This document shows, piece by piece, positions 6,769 to 15,316 of a stretch of DNA of 32,000 bases (position 1 is the stretch's first letter; each line of letters starts with the position of its first letter). The notes under the pieces are model-generated. The model had not been told where the DNA came from. It did not search any database and was given only the letters and a program-made list of their open reading frames with translations. The DNA is taken from the NCBI GenBank assembly GCA_963676105.1, contig OY781039.1:660001-692000 (forward strand). The letters run 5' to 3'. Source of the DNA: Erysipelotrichaceae bacterium (GTDB lineage Bacteria > Bacillota_I > Bacilli_A > Erysipelotrichales > Erysipelotrichaceae). The position numbers and the translations under genes were made by a program.

Positions 6769-9359
6769 GATTGTGACTTCCTTAACTTAGAATTCTTCGT
6801 TGTGATATTTTTTAATTTAACTTCATCACCTCTATATTGACAGAAATGAAGATATGGACAATACTCACATGAATGATCAATGTTTTGTTTATGAATATCA
6901 CCAGAACTCATATCTTCATAGATTTGAGTATAAATTTCTTTTAGTCTTTCTAAAACTAAAACTTCATCATAGGCATTCGTTGTATAGAGTCCTTTAGCTT
7001 CTGTATTTTTCCATTGATTGATGTGTGAAGCATTATCAAAGTCCACATCAATATCAAATGTTATACCTTTAAGCTGTCGTTTCTTTTGTTTTTCATCTTC
7101 AAAATTGAAACCTGCTTTTGTGGTCAAATCCACACGTTCTGGTTTTTGAGAAAAATAGCCTGCAAAGATAACTTTTTTATCAATCTTAGAATAAGCCCAT
7201 AAATAAGTCGCAAGTTGTAGTGATAAACCTGCTTCAAAAAGTTTTTCACTAAAGTTCTTTACACTAGATTTATAATCAATCACGCTAAAGGCTGTAGAAG
7301 ATTCATCTATTCGATCGATTTTACCTTTTAACTGAAGTGATTGATCATTATTTAAAATCATCTCATCATTAAATTCATATTCTTGTTTGTCAGGATTAAA
7401 GCTCTTTACATTTTCCCAATCCAAAAGGAATTCTAAGGACAGTTTTAAGGTTTCTATTAACTTATATTCAATAAGCTTTAATTCTTCCTTAAAGTTTGGA
7501 TATAAGCCCTCTACAGCTTCGATATAAGGTTTTATACGCTCTTTAATTTCTGCTTCAAACATTGAAGCATAATCTTTACCTTTATCTTTAATTGCCATCT
7601 CTAAAAAGGAATGAACAATATTCCCTAATAAGGCAGAATCTAATTCATAAGATGGTTTTTCATACAAAGATAAGCCTCTTTGTAGAAAATACTTATATGG
7701 ACAATGCGTATAGGTTTCAAAAGAAGTGATACTTCCTTTTAATCCATTTCTCATAAATAATGATTGACTTAATTCAGAAGAGAGTTGATGCTCACCTTCT
7801 ACAAAGTCATTTTCATTCTCTATTAAATCCCAAGCGGCTTTATCCGCATCCTTTAAAATACTCTCTAATTCAAATGGCATCTTTTGTGCTTTACCATCAT
7901 AAGAGCCAATCGAATAGGAATAGATAATCTCATCACTAATCTTTTGAGTATGGATTAATCGTTCCATATGATAGTTATAACGTTTACTAATATCATAGCC
8001 TTTGATTTTCTTTAAATAATCCAAATCAAATAAACCACTAACATTTTCAATTTGTGGATAGTTCTTTTGAGTACAAGCTAACCAAATTTGACGTTTAAGA
8101 CCTGGAATTAAAGCATGTTTTAAATCAGTCAGGATTAAACCTGTCTTTGATTTGGATTTCAAAGTTAATTTATCTAACGCATATAAAAGAACATCAAGTT
8201 TTCTTTCACTTTGATCAATGTTTTGTAAATTAGATGATTCTAAGAACTCTTTTATGACATACATGGATGAAACTTGTTCATCATTCTCAGAATCTATACA
8301 CTTTGTATAGACTTCAAAACACTGTGATACAAATTCAATAATTCCACTACTCTCATTAGATAAATCAGTAATAATCCATCTTAGTTCACTCAAAGCTTCT
8401 TCAGCATGAGCTTCTAAGATTTCAAAGTCAGCTTGTCGTACTAAACCTTTTAAAACATCATTATTAAAAGCTGTAGGCATGTGTTGTAGTTCATTCACTA
8501 AGTCATCAACACTTGGTTTAAAGACTTCACAGTATTTGATGAGTTCTAACTTATATTTGGATTGGATCACATTGTTGTGTAGGATTTGAATAAAGTTATC
8601 TAAACTTGGTTCAGCTTTAAACATCACTAATCGTTCAAACAAACGTAGCGCTGGATGTTTTAAGCTTCCACCTACTTTTTGATAAGGTACTCCATATTGA
8701 TTTAAAAAGACTTCAACTTGATCCATCATTGATGAATCTAAACAAACAATCGATTGATCTTCATAAGCTAAATCATCATTCACAACAAATTGAACAGCTG
8801 CTTGTATTTCACTACGAGGATTTGAAGCATATCTCAATTTTCTTTTAACATCTTTTTCTTTAATTAATATTTGTTTAACACTACAATTATCTAATCGTGT
8901 TTGAATCGGATAATCATAGAAATGTTCTAATATAGAAAGTTTGCTTAAATCAGATTTTTCAAATTCAATCCATTGTCTAAATAGAGCTTTATAGATTGGC
9001 AATACAGTATCAATAACTAAAAATAAATCCTTCTCTTTATCAGTTTCAGTAGGTAAATCCCCTTGATTCCAGCCTTCATTTGCCATTAAAGATATAAATG
9101 ATGTGACTTGATCAACAGTAATTGGAAACTTTAGTACATCATTTAATACACTAACTCTTTTATCATGACTCAATACTTCTAATGCAGAAGCACATTTAAA
9201 CCAATTCTCTTCACGATGATTTTCACTTAGTGTATTTAGATACACTGAAAGTGATACAAATTCTGTATCACCTATAATGGATTGTTTCTTGAGTAAATCA
9301 AGAACATATTTTTGTTTAGATTGTGTTGGTAGTATGGTTTTCATATGTAAAATTTTCAT
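6765..9359 (-). CDS. addB: Helicase-nuclease subunit B (AddB/RexB-type; inactivated helicase scaffold plus Fe-S nuclease domain)
   Basis: 864 aa, immediately upstream of addA. The RecB-type nuclease motif is GKIDRIDESSTAFSVIDYKSS. Four Cys are arranged as in the AddB iron-staple (THCPYKYF ... CEYCPYLHFC). No N-terminal Walker A is seen. An alternative start lies at 9344, and no SD precedes either start. Confidence 0.85.
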   Translation of the reverse strand: MKILHMKTILPTQSKQKYVLDLLKKQSIIGDTEFVSLSVYLNTLSENHREENWFKCASALEVLSHDKRVSVLNDVLKFPITVDQVTSFISLMANEGWNQGDLPTETDKEKDLFLVIDTVLPIYKALFRQWIEFEKSDLSKLSILEHFYDYPIQTRLDNCSVKQILIKEKDVKRKLRYASNPRSEIQAAVQFVVNDDLAYEDQSIVCLDSSMMDQVEVFLNQYGVPYQKVGGSLKHPALRLFERLVMFKAEPSLDNFIQILHNNVIQSKYKLELIKYCEVFKPSVDDLVNELQHMPTAFNNDVLKGLVRQADFEILEAHAEEALSELRWIITDLSNESSGIIEFVSQCFEVYTKCIDSENDEQVSSMYVIKEFLESSNLQNIDQSERKLDVLLYALDKLTLKSKSKTGLILTDLKHALIPGLKRQIWLACTQKNYPQIENVSGLFDLDYLKKIKGYDISKRYNYHMERLIHTQKISDEIIYSYSIGSYDGKAQKMPFELESILKDADKAAWDLIENENDFVEGEHQLSSELSQSLFMRNGLKGSITSFETYTHCPYKYFLQRGLSLYEKPSYELDSALLGNIVHSFLEMAIKDKGKDYASMFEAEIKERIKPYIEAVEGLYPNFKEELKLIEYKLIETLKLSLEFLLDWENVKSFNPDKQEYEFNDEMILNNDQSLQLKGKIDRIDESSTAFSVIDYKSSVKNFSEKLFEAGLSLQLATYLWAYSKIDKKVIFAGYFSQKPERVDLTTKAGFNFEDEKQKKRQLKGITFDIDVDFDNASHINQWKNTEAKGLYTTNAYDEVLVLERLKEIYTQIYEDMSSGDIHKQNIDHSCEYCPYLHFCQYRGDEVKLKNITTKNSKLRKSQS

Positions 9360-10404
9360 ATAATGCTGAATACATTAATATTAATTTATCTGAATTTGTT
9401 AAATCATCATGTAACTCAAAAAATTTAAATAAAAAATCTTCATAAAACAACTTAAAAGATTTACTCCCTATTTCTAAATTGTTACTTATATTTTTTAAAT
9501 ATAATATACTTTTTTCTACATAATAGTTATATATTGGTTTGTCTGTTGGTATATGTATATCAAACAATTTTAAAAATTTATGTTCATAAATTTTTTCATC
9601 TAAAGAATTTGTTGAATCAACAAATTCTTTAAAATGTTTTATTAAATCTTTTTTAAATAACATTACTAATTCTTTATTTTTTTCAATTAAATCTTCAAAG
9701 TTATAAATATCTTTAAATAGTTCAAGTATTATCACTATACTATTTTCATATCTCCTTTTATATTCAATAATTAAATTATCAATCGTTTCATTAATGTTAA
9801 TGTGATTGTAATTAATGATTTTTTGTCCTGATGATAAGTATTCAATTTCAAGCTTTTTTAAATTTTCTGCAATAATTTCTATTACATTATATTTATTTGT
9901 TACATATTCAAAAAAATCTTTTTTTAGCAATTTAATTCTGACATCTTCACTTTTTCGAATATTCGAATATACTTCAATATGTATCATATGAGGATCAAAA
10001 TTATCATCAACAAATGGTGTATATAATAATTCACCTTTCTTTTGCCATTTACTTTTAAATTTTGAATTTAAACTATGAGCATATACAAGTTTTCTTAGAT
10101 GTTGAAAATATCCATCAAACTCATCATGATCAATCTCTAAATTTAATGAATCATTTAGTTCAGATATTCCTACACGCAATATATCGACATATACAAATAA
10201 AATTATGATATTTCCCATCCCTGATTTGGTTGATTCTGAAAATTCTAATTCATTTATATGACTAACTGAATCTTCAATTCTATCCATGAAAGCACAAATT
10301 AAATTCCATTTGTTTGAATTTTTCATACTCTCATAATAATAATTTGAAGAATTTATTAAATCTCTTAATGCTATTATTAATTTTGGATCTAAATATAATT
10401 TCAT
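9316..10404 (-). CDS. Hypothetical 362-aa helical protein; possible N-terminal HEPN-like domain (Rx5H: LRKLVYAHS)
   Basis: Long uninterrupted ORF in a very AT-rich segment (12 G+C in nt 9361-9420). Its ATG at 10404 lies 1 nt after the upstream gene's stop (TAAaATG). Its 3' end overlaps the addB start by 44 nt. R104-x5-H110 (nt 10095-10075) sits about 105 aa into a helical N-terminal region. No other motif is recognised. Confidence 0.6.
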   Translation of the reverse strand: MKLYLDPKLIIALRDLINSSNYYYESMKNSNKWNLICAFMDRIEDSVSHINELEFSESTKSGMGNIIILFVYVDILRVGISELNDSLNLEIDHDEFDGYFQHLRKLVYAHSLNSKFKSKWQKKGELLYTPFVDDNFDPHMIHIEVYSNIRKSEDVRIKLLKKDFFEYVTNKYNVIEIIAENLKKLEIEYLSSGQKIINYNHININETIDNLIIEYKRRYENSIVIILELFKDIYNFEDLIEKNKELVMLFKKDLIKHFKEFVDSTNSLDEKIYEHKFLKLFDIHIPTDKPIYNYYVEKSILYLKNISNNLEIGSKSFKLFYEDFLFKFFELHDDLTNSDKLILMYSALYENFTYENHTTNTI

Positions 10405-10405
10405 T

Positions 10406-10996
10406 TTATTTAATTCTGCCTTTAATAAAATTAGCTATCTCAATATTCACTTCATTAACTGCATCTACTTCATAATTTATAAATGAAGTTCCAATATTTA
10501 CTGATTGTCGTTTTGAGTCTATTTCACCATTTTTATTTAGATAGTCCCATTGAAGATTATAAAATTCTTGTGATGATATATTTGAACTGAACAAATACTC
10601 TTCCATTTTTACTAACAAATCTGTATATTTCCCAATAGCAGATCTAACCTTACCATCTTCTTCAAAAACTAGACTTTGACTTTGTATTTGAGAAACTGTT
10701 GATGTAAATTTCATCCGATATTCAGTTTTATGATTAATTTTACTTCTAAAAAGTTTTTTTTCATTAAAATAATCTTCAATTATTTTTATCAATAGCATAT
10801 GGTTTTCAATTAAAATTTTCCTTGTATCATTTAACATATGATATCTTTCTATTTTCTTTTCTAGTGAATACGAATATCGAAATGCTATAATAGCCCCTAA
10901 AAATAACAAAAAAATAGATATGAAAAAATCAACAAAATTAATTTTCATAAATAGATTTTCGAAAATATTTGAAATAAATTCACTAGTACCCGACAT
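10406..10996 (-). CDS. Hypothetical membrane-anchored protein (single N-terminal TM helix)
   Basis: ATG at 10996 is preceded by GGGAGGTG (11005-11012, minus strand). The ORF-track TTG at 11014 would start inside that SD. A hydrophobic helix, FVDFFISIFLLFLGAIIAF, is followed by ~155 hydrophilic residues with no recognisable motif. Hand count of 12 G+C in nt 10801-10860. Confidence 0.6.
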   Translation of the reverse strand: MSGTSEFISNIFENLFMKINFVDFFISIFLLFLGAIIAFRYSYSLEKKIERYHMLNDTRKILIENHMLLIKIIEDYFNEKKLFRSKINHKTEYRMKFTSTVSQIQSQSLVFEEDGKVRSAIGKYTDLLVKMEEYLFSSNISSQEFYNLQWDYLNKNGEIDSKRQSVNIGTSFINYEVDAVNEVNIEIANFIKGRIK

Positions 10997-11066
10997 ATTA
11001 CATACACCTCCCAATAAAATAAAAACTTTTAAATAATAATTCCCTGTTTAATATTAAATAATATCT

Positions 11067-14000
11067 TCAAACCCCACTATACTTCTCAAAATACTCATAC
11101 ATTAAACTGATAATTCTATTCTTAATTTCATCTCTATTCCCTCTAAATCGTGGAATAGCTGGTAACACTTGATCTATATCAGTTCCAGATGTTTTCATTG
11201 AACCATCTGTCAATGATCTACTCATAAACCATAATGTTTTCTCTTCATTTAAGTTCTCAGAAATTATTAGATTACTTAAGTCTTTTTCTTTTTGCTCTTC
11301 AATGTATTGAGTCCAATCAGATTTTTCCTCTAATTGTAGATTTACTCTTTCTAAGAAACCTTCAATGAGTTCTTTTTTACTTCTTAGTTCTAAACTTGAA
11401 CCAATAGCTTTTTGAATACTTACTAATATTTCTTTATCTTTGCAATTTGAATTAACATATTGTTCAATGAGTTTAAGAATATAATCAATATTTACTTCTA
11501 TTTGTTTTATAAGCTCAATTTCAAAGACTAGATCATCATTGATATTTTCTTTTTCAGGTCCTGGTCTTCTTTGCCTATATAAATCAATGTACATACTTTG
11601 ATAATCTTGGAAATCTCTTTCAGATAAGATTTGATTCCCTTCAAATTCATCAAAGGATACTAAGATATTTTTTATTTTAAGGATAGCTCCAAAAAGTTTT
11701 ATAAATGCTTTCTGATCATCTTCACTTAAGATAAGTTCTCCTAATTTAAAGTCTCTTTGTAATCTTTCAATAAAATCAACATAACCTTCTTTATGTACAT
11801 CTTGATCATCATATCCATAATAATAATCATTATAGGTTCTAAGTAATATAAGTCCTTTTGCTTCTCTATTACCAAATAAAGCTAATGCTTCATCAGTTGC
11901 TTTAGAAAGATTTCTAAAACAAACAATATTACCATAGGTCTTAACTGAGTTTAATATTCGATTAGTTCTTGAATAGGCTTGAACTAACCCATGATATTTA
12001 AGATTTTTGTCTACCCATAAAGTATTAAGTGTTGTCGCATCAAAACCTGTTAAAAACATATTAACTACAATTAAAATATCAATTTCTCTTTGTTTAACAC
12101 GTAAGGATAAATCTTTATAGTAGTTTTGAAACTTATCACTTGTATCAAAATTAGTTTTAAAGTAATCGTTATAATCATGTATTGCTTTATCTAAGAATTC
12201 TCTTTGACTGGTATTTAATTGACTTGTATCTAAATCTTCATCAGGTAAGAAATCTTCTGGTTCATCTTCATTGATGGAAAAGCTAAAGATTGTCGCTATT
12301 TTATAATCTAGATTCTTTTCAGTTATCTGTTTCTTTAATTCATTGTAGTATCTCATTGCATTCGCAATAGATGACACAGCAAAGATTGAATTAAAACCTT
12401 TTTGATAAGTATTGTGAGCACTGTATACTTTGTTTCTTCGTGTCTTTTGATCAAAGTGTTCTAGGATATATGCACTCACTTCACTAATTCTTCTAGGATC
12501 TGATAAAGCTTCTTCTTTATCAATCGCTGATATCTTTTCATCATCGATATCTTTAGATGTTTTTATAGTATTGATAAAATCAACTCTAAACTTTAATACA
12601 TTCCCATCATTAATCGCATCAATAATGGTATATGTATGTAACTTATCACCAAAAGCTTGTTCAGTGGTTTGTAAATTTGGGTTAGTCCCAGAATTCGCAT
12701 TTACCGCAAATATAGGCGTACCTGTAAAACCAAAAATATGATATTTTTTAAAAATTCTAGTAATATCTTGGTGCATTTGTCCAAATTGAGAACGATGACA
12801 CTCATCAAACACTAAAACCACATGTTTACTATAGATTTCATGTGTTTTATTTTGACTGATAAAATTATGGAGTTTTTGAATCGTTGTTATAATTATTTTT
12901 GCATTATTATCACTTAGTTGTTTAGTCAAAATCTTAGTTGATTTATTACTATTAGCAGCGCCTTTTTCAAATCGATCATATTCTTTCATCGTTTGATAAT
13001 CTAAGTCTTTACGATCAACCACAAAGAGTACTTTTTCAATTGAATTATTTAAAGTAATTAGTTGTGCTGTTTTAAAACTCGTTAATGTTTTACCAGAACC
13101 TGTTGTATGCCATATATAACCACCAGCTTGTACTTTGCCCCACGTTTTATAATTGGATGAAATCTCGATTCGATTTAAGATTCTCTCAGTAGCGGCAATT
13201 TGATAAGGCCGCATAACTAATAATAAATCTTCACTAGTAAAGACACAGTATTTGGTAATGATATTTAATAACGTATGTTTAACAAAGAATGTTTTAGTGA
13301 AATCTTCTAAATCTAAGATTTGCTTATTATTTGCATCAGCCCAATAAGAAGTAAACTCATAACTATGACTTGTTTTATTCTCAGTTCCTTTATTCCCTTT
13401 AGTTGATTCTTCAATACGTTTAAAACGTGTTGTATTGGAATAATACTTAGTATGAGTACCATTACTGATCACAAAAATTTGGATAAACTCAAATAAACCA
13501 GAATCAGCCCAAAAGCTTTCTCTTTGATAACGATTAATTTGATTAAAGGCTTCTTTTAATTCAATACCACGTCTTTTAAGCTCTATATGAATGATTGGTA
13601 AGCCATTAATTAAAACAGTAACATCATAACGATTCTTATGAGTACCACCTTCTGTTTCATATTGGTTTATAACTTGTAGAGTATTATTATGAATATTCTT
13701 TTTGTCTATTAAAGTTATATTCTTAGTTAACCCATCATCTTTAACTAAGTTTTTAACATAATCAGTTTGTATAGTTTTAGTTTTCTCAACAATACCTTCA
13801 TTCTTATTAGCTAAATAGTTTTTAACAAATTGATCCCATTCAGTATCAGAAAATTGATAATTATTCAATTTCTCTAACTGAACTTTAAGATTACTAAAAA
13901 GATCTTGTTCAGATTTGATTTCTAAGTAGGTATATCCTTGTCCTACTAGTTGTTGAATAAATTTATTTTCAAGTTGAGCTTCACTTTGATATTCAGTTGT

Positions 14001-14075
14001 TCGTTTTTTATCACTTGTGTATTCAGCAACAACTGTAGCCTCATTTGAAGCCATTACAATATTAAACTGTGTCAT
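11067..14075 (-). CDS. hsdR: Type I restriction enzyme, R subunit (HsdR)
   Basis: 1002 aa. The N-terminal PD-(D/E)xK motif is YDVTVLINGLPIIHIELKR. SF2 motifs are HTTGSGKT (I) and VFDECHRS (II), with FGFTGTP and VNMFLTGFD also present. It overlaps hsdS by 4 nt (ATGA). Confidence 0.95.
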   Translation of the reverse strand: MTQFNIVMASNEATVVAEYTSDKKRTTEYQSEAQLENKFIQQLVGQGYTYLEIKSEQDLFSNLKVQLEKLNNYQFSDTEWDQFVKNYLANKNEGIVEKTKTIQTDYVKNLVKDDGLTKNITLIDKKNIHNNTLQVINQYETEGGTHKNRYDVTVLINGLPIIHIELKRRGIELKEAFNQINRYQRESFWADSGLFEFIQIFVISNGTHTKYYSNTTRFKRIEESTKGNKGTENKTSHSYEFTSYWADANNKQILDLEDFTKTFFVKHTLLNIITKYCVFTSEDLLLVMRPYQIAATERILNRIEISSNYKTWGKVQAGGYIWHTTGSGKTLTSFKTAQLITLNNSIEKVLFVVDRKDLDYQTMKEYDRFEKGAANSNKSTKILTKQLSDNNAKIIITTIQKLHNFISQNKTHEIYSKHVVLVFDECHRSQFGQMHQDITRIFKKYHIFGFTGTPIFAVNANSGTNPNLQTTEQAFGDKLHTYTIIDAINDGNVLKFRVDFINTIKTSKDIDDEKISAIDKEEALSDPRRISEVSAYILEHFDQKTRRNKVYSAHNTYQKGFNSIFAVSSIANAMRYYNELKKQITEKNLDYKIATIFSFSINEDEPEDFLPDEDLDTSQLNTSQREFLDKAIHDYNDYFKTNFDTSDKFQNYYKDLSLRVKQREIDILIVVNMFLTGFDATTLNTLWVDKNLKYHGLVQAYSRTNRILNSVKTYGNIVCFRNLSKATDEALALFGNREAKGLILLRTYNDYYYGYDDQDVHKEGYVDFIERLQRDFKLGELILSEDDQKAFIKLFGAILKIKNILVSFDEFEGNQILSERDFQDYQSMYIDLYRQRRPGPEKENINDDLVFEIELIKQIEVNIDYILKLIEQYVNSNCKDKEILVSIQKAIGSSLELRSKKELIEGFLERVNLQLEEKSDWTQYIEEQKEKDLSNLIISENLNEEKTLWFMSRSLTDGSMKTSGTDIDQVLPAIPRFRGNRDEIKNRIISLMYEYFEKYSGV

Positions 14076-15316
14076 GATTCTAACTCCTTAAAAGTAAGAA
14101 GTTTATCCCTATAGTACTCATATTGTTTTTGTCTTGCTTCGATTTCAGCTGGTAAACCAATTTTGATATCATTCACTAATGAATCATATTGATCTAGAAT
14201 TCTTACAATCTCTTCTTGAACTTCTAGAGAAGGAAATGGAATGGTAAAGTTTCTGATAGATTCAATTGTTAAACTTGCTTGTCCAGTTCCTTTTATATTA
14301 TTTCTTATTTGGTTTTGTCCTCTTGCGGAATTCAAATAATGATAAATATAATCAATATTTATATTTTTATTAATTTTCAAAACACCAATTGCGCCACCTA
14401 AGAATGCTTTATTTTTATTAGGGAACAATCCAATATTTCCAATACTAGCACCAACAATTGATAATAATATACATCTATTATCAAGCACAATTTTAGGAAA
14501 TTTTTCTGCAACTTTAATTGGTATGTAGTAATCAGTATTAAAATTAAATTGTTTGCCAGAAAAAAACTTGGTTTGAATATAAGGTAATGAGTCACGTGAT
14601 TTTTTTAATGTTAATGATTTTTTTATATGATTAGAATAATCAAAACCAGTTTGTTTAGTAATAATGTCACACAAGCCTTCTAGTCTAATATTTTCTATTT
14701 TTGTATTATCAAAAAACTGATTAAGATAATACTCGTATTGTTTTTTTCTTGCTAAAAGTTCAGAATCAAGAACATCATTTAATTCAGTGAATTGATCTAA
14801 AATCCTAACAATTTCATTTTGAATTTCAATTGGTGGTAGTGGAATACTAAAATTTCTTAAACTCTTCATATCGACTGAACTAAAATTCCCTTGCACAAGA
14901 TTATTCTTGCACCATTCACTTACTAGTTGAAAAGCAAATAAAACAAATTCAATATTTAATACATTTTTGTATTTCGCTTTAAGAGAAAATATTGTGAATC
15001 TTTGATTCGCGACAAAGTTTGTTTTTATTAAAGCAAATTCACCAATTGTTGCAGAAGTACTTATAATAATTGAATCCTTTTTAAATGGATTGTTTTTAGC
15101 ACCTTTTAGTGTAATATGTTGTTCAGAATCATACAAAATTCTACCTTTTAATCTAATATCTTCAATCCGGTACCAAGGAACATTTCCATCATTCCAAAAT
15201 TCTTCATTTTTCTTTGAAGGAGTGTATCCACCTTTAATGTCAAATAATTCCATTAAAGATTTAAACTCAACACCATCAGGACAATATTGTTGAATAAGCT
15301 CATCTAATTTACTCAT
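14072..15316 (-). CDS. hsdS: Type I R-M specificity subunit (HsdS) with two dissimilar target-recognition domains
   Basis: 414 aa. Two variable halves are separated by the conserved repeats EIQNEIVRILDQFTEL...ARKKQYEYY (central) and EVQEEIVRILDQYDSL...ARQKQYEYY (C-terminal). It overlaps hsdM by 8 nt. Confidence 0.9.
   Translation of the reverse strand: MSKLDELIQQYCPDGVEFKSLMELFDIKGGYTPSKKNEEFWNDGNVPWYRIEDIRLKGRILYDSEQHITLKGAKNNPFKKDSIIISTSATIGEFALIKTNFVANQRFTIFSLKAKYKNVLNIEFVLFAFQLVSEWCKNNLVQGNFSSVDMKSLRNFSIPLPPIEIQNEIVRILDQFTELNDVLDSELLARKKQYEYYLNQFFDNTKIENIRLEGLCDIITKQTGFDYSNHIKKSLTLKKSRDSLPYIQTKFFSGKQFNFNTDYYIPIKVAEKFPKIVLDNRCILLSIVGASIGNIGLFPNKNKAFLGGAIGVLKINKNINIDYIYHYLNSARGQNQIRNNIKGTGQASLTIESIRNFTIPFPSLEVQEEIVRILDQYDSLVNDIKIGLPAEIEARQKQYEYYRDKLLTFKELES

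Noticed and set aside
6765-9359. AddB is short (864 aa) and lacks an N-terminal Walker A motif
   Set aside because: I believe RexB-type subunits of other low-GC bacteria also lack it. The nuclease and four-Cys Fe-S motifs are intact, so it is not treated as a pseudogene or an anomaly.
14072-15316. Possible phase-variable hsdS shufflon
   Set aside because: Only one hsdS is present. There are no partial hsdS copies, no inverted repeats spanning the TRDs and no adjacent recombinase. The internal repeat is the normal conserved central and C-terminal HsdS region.
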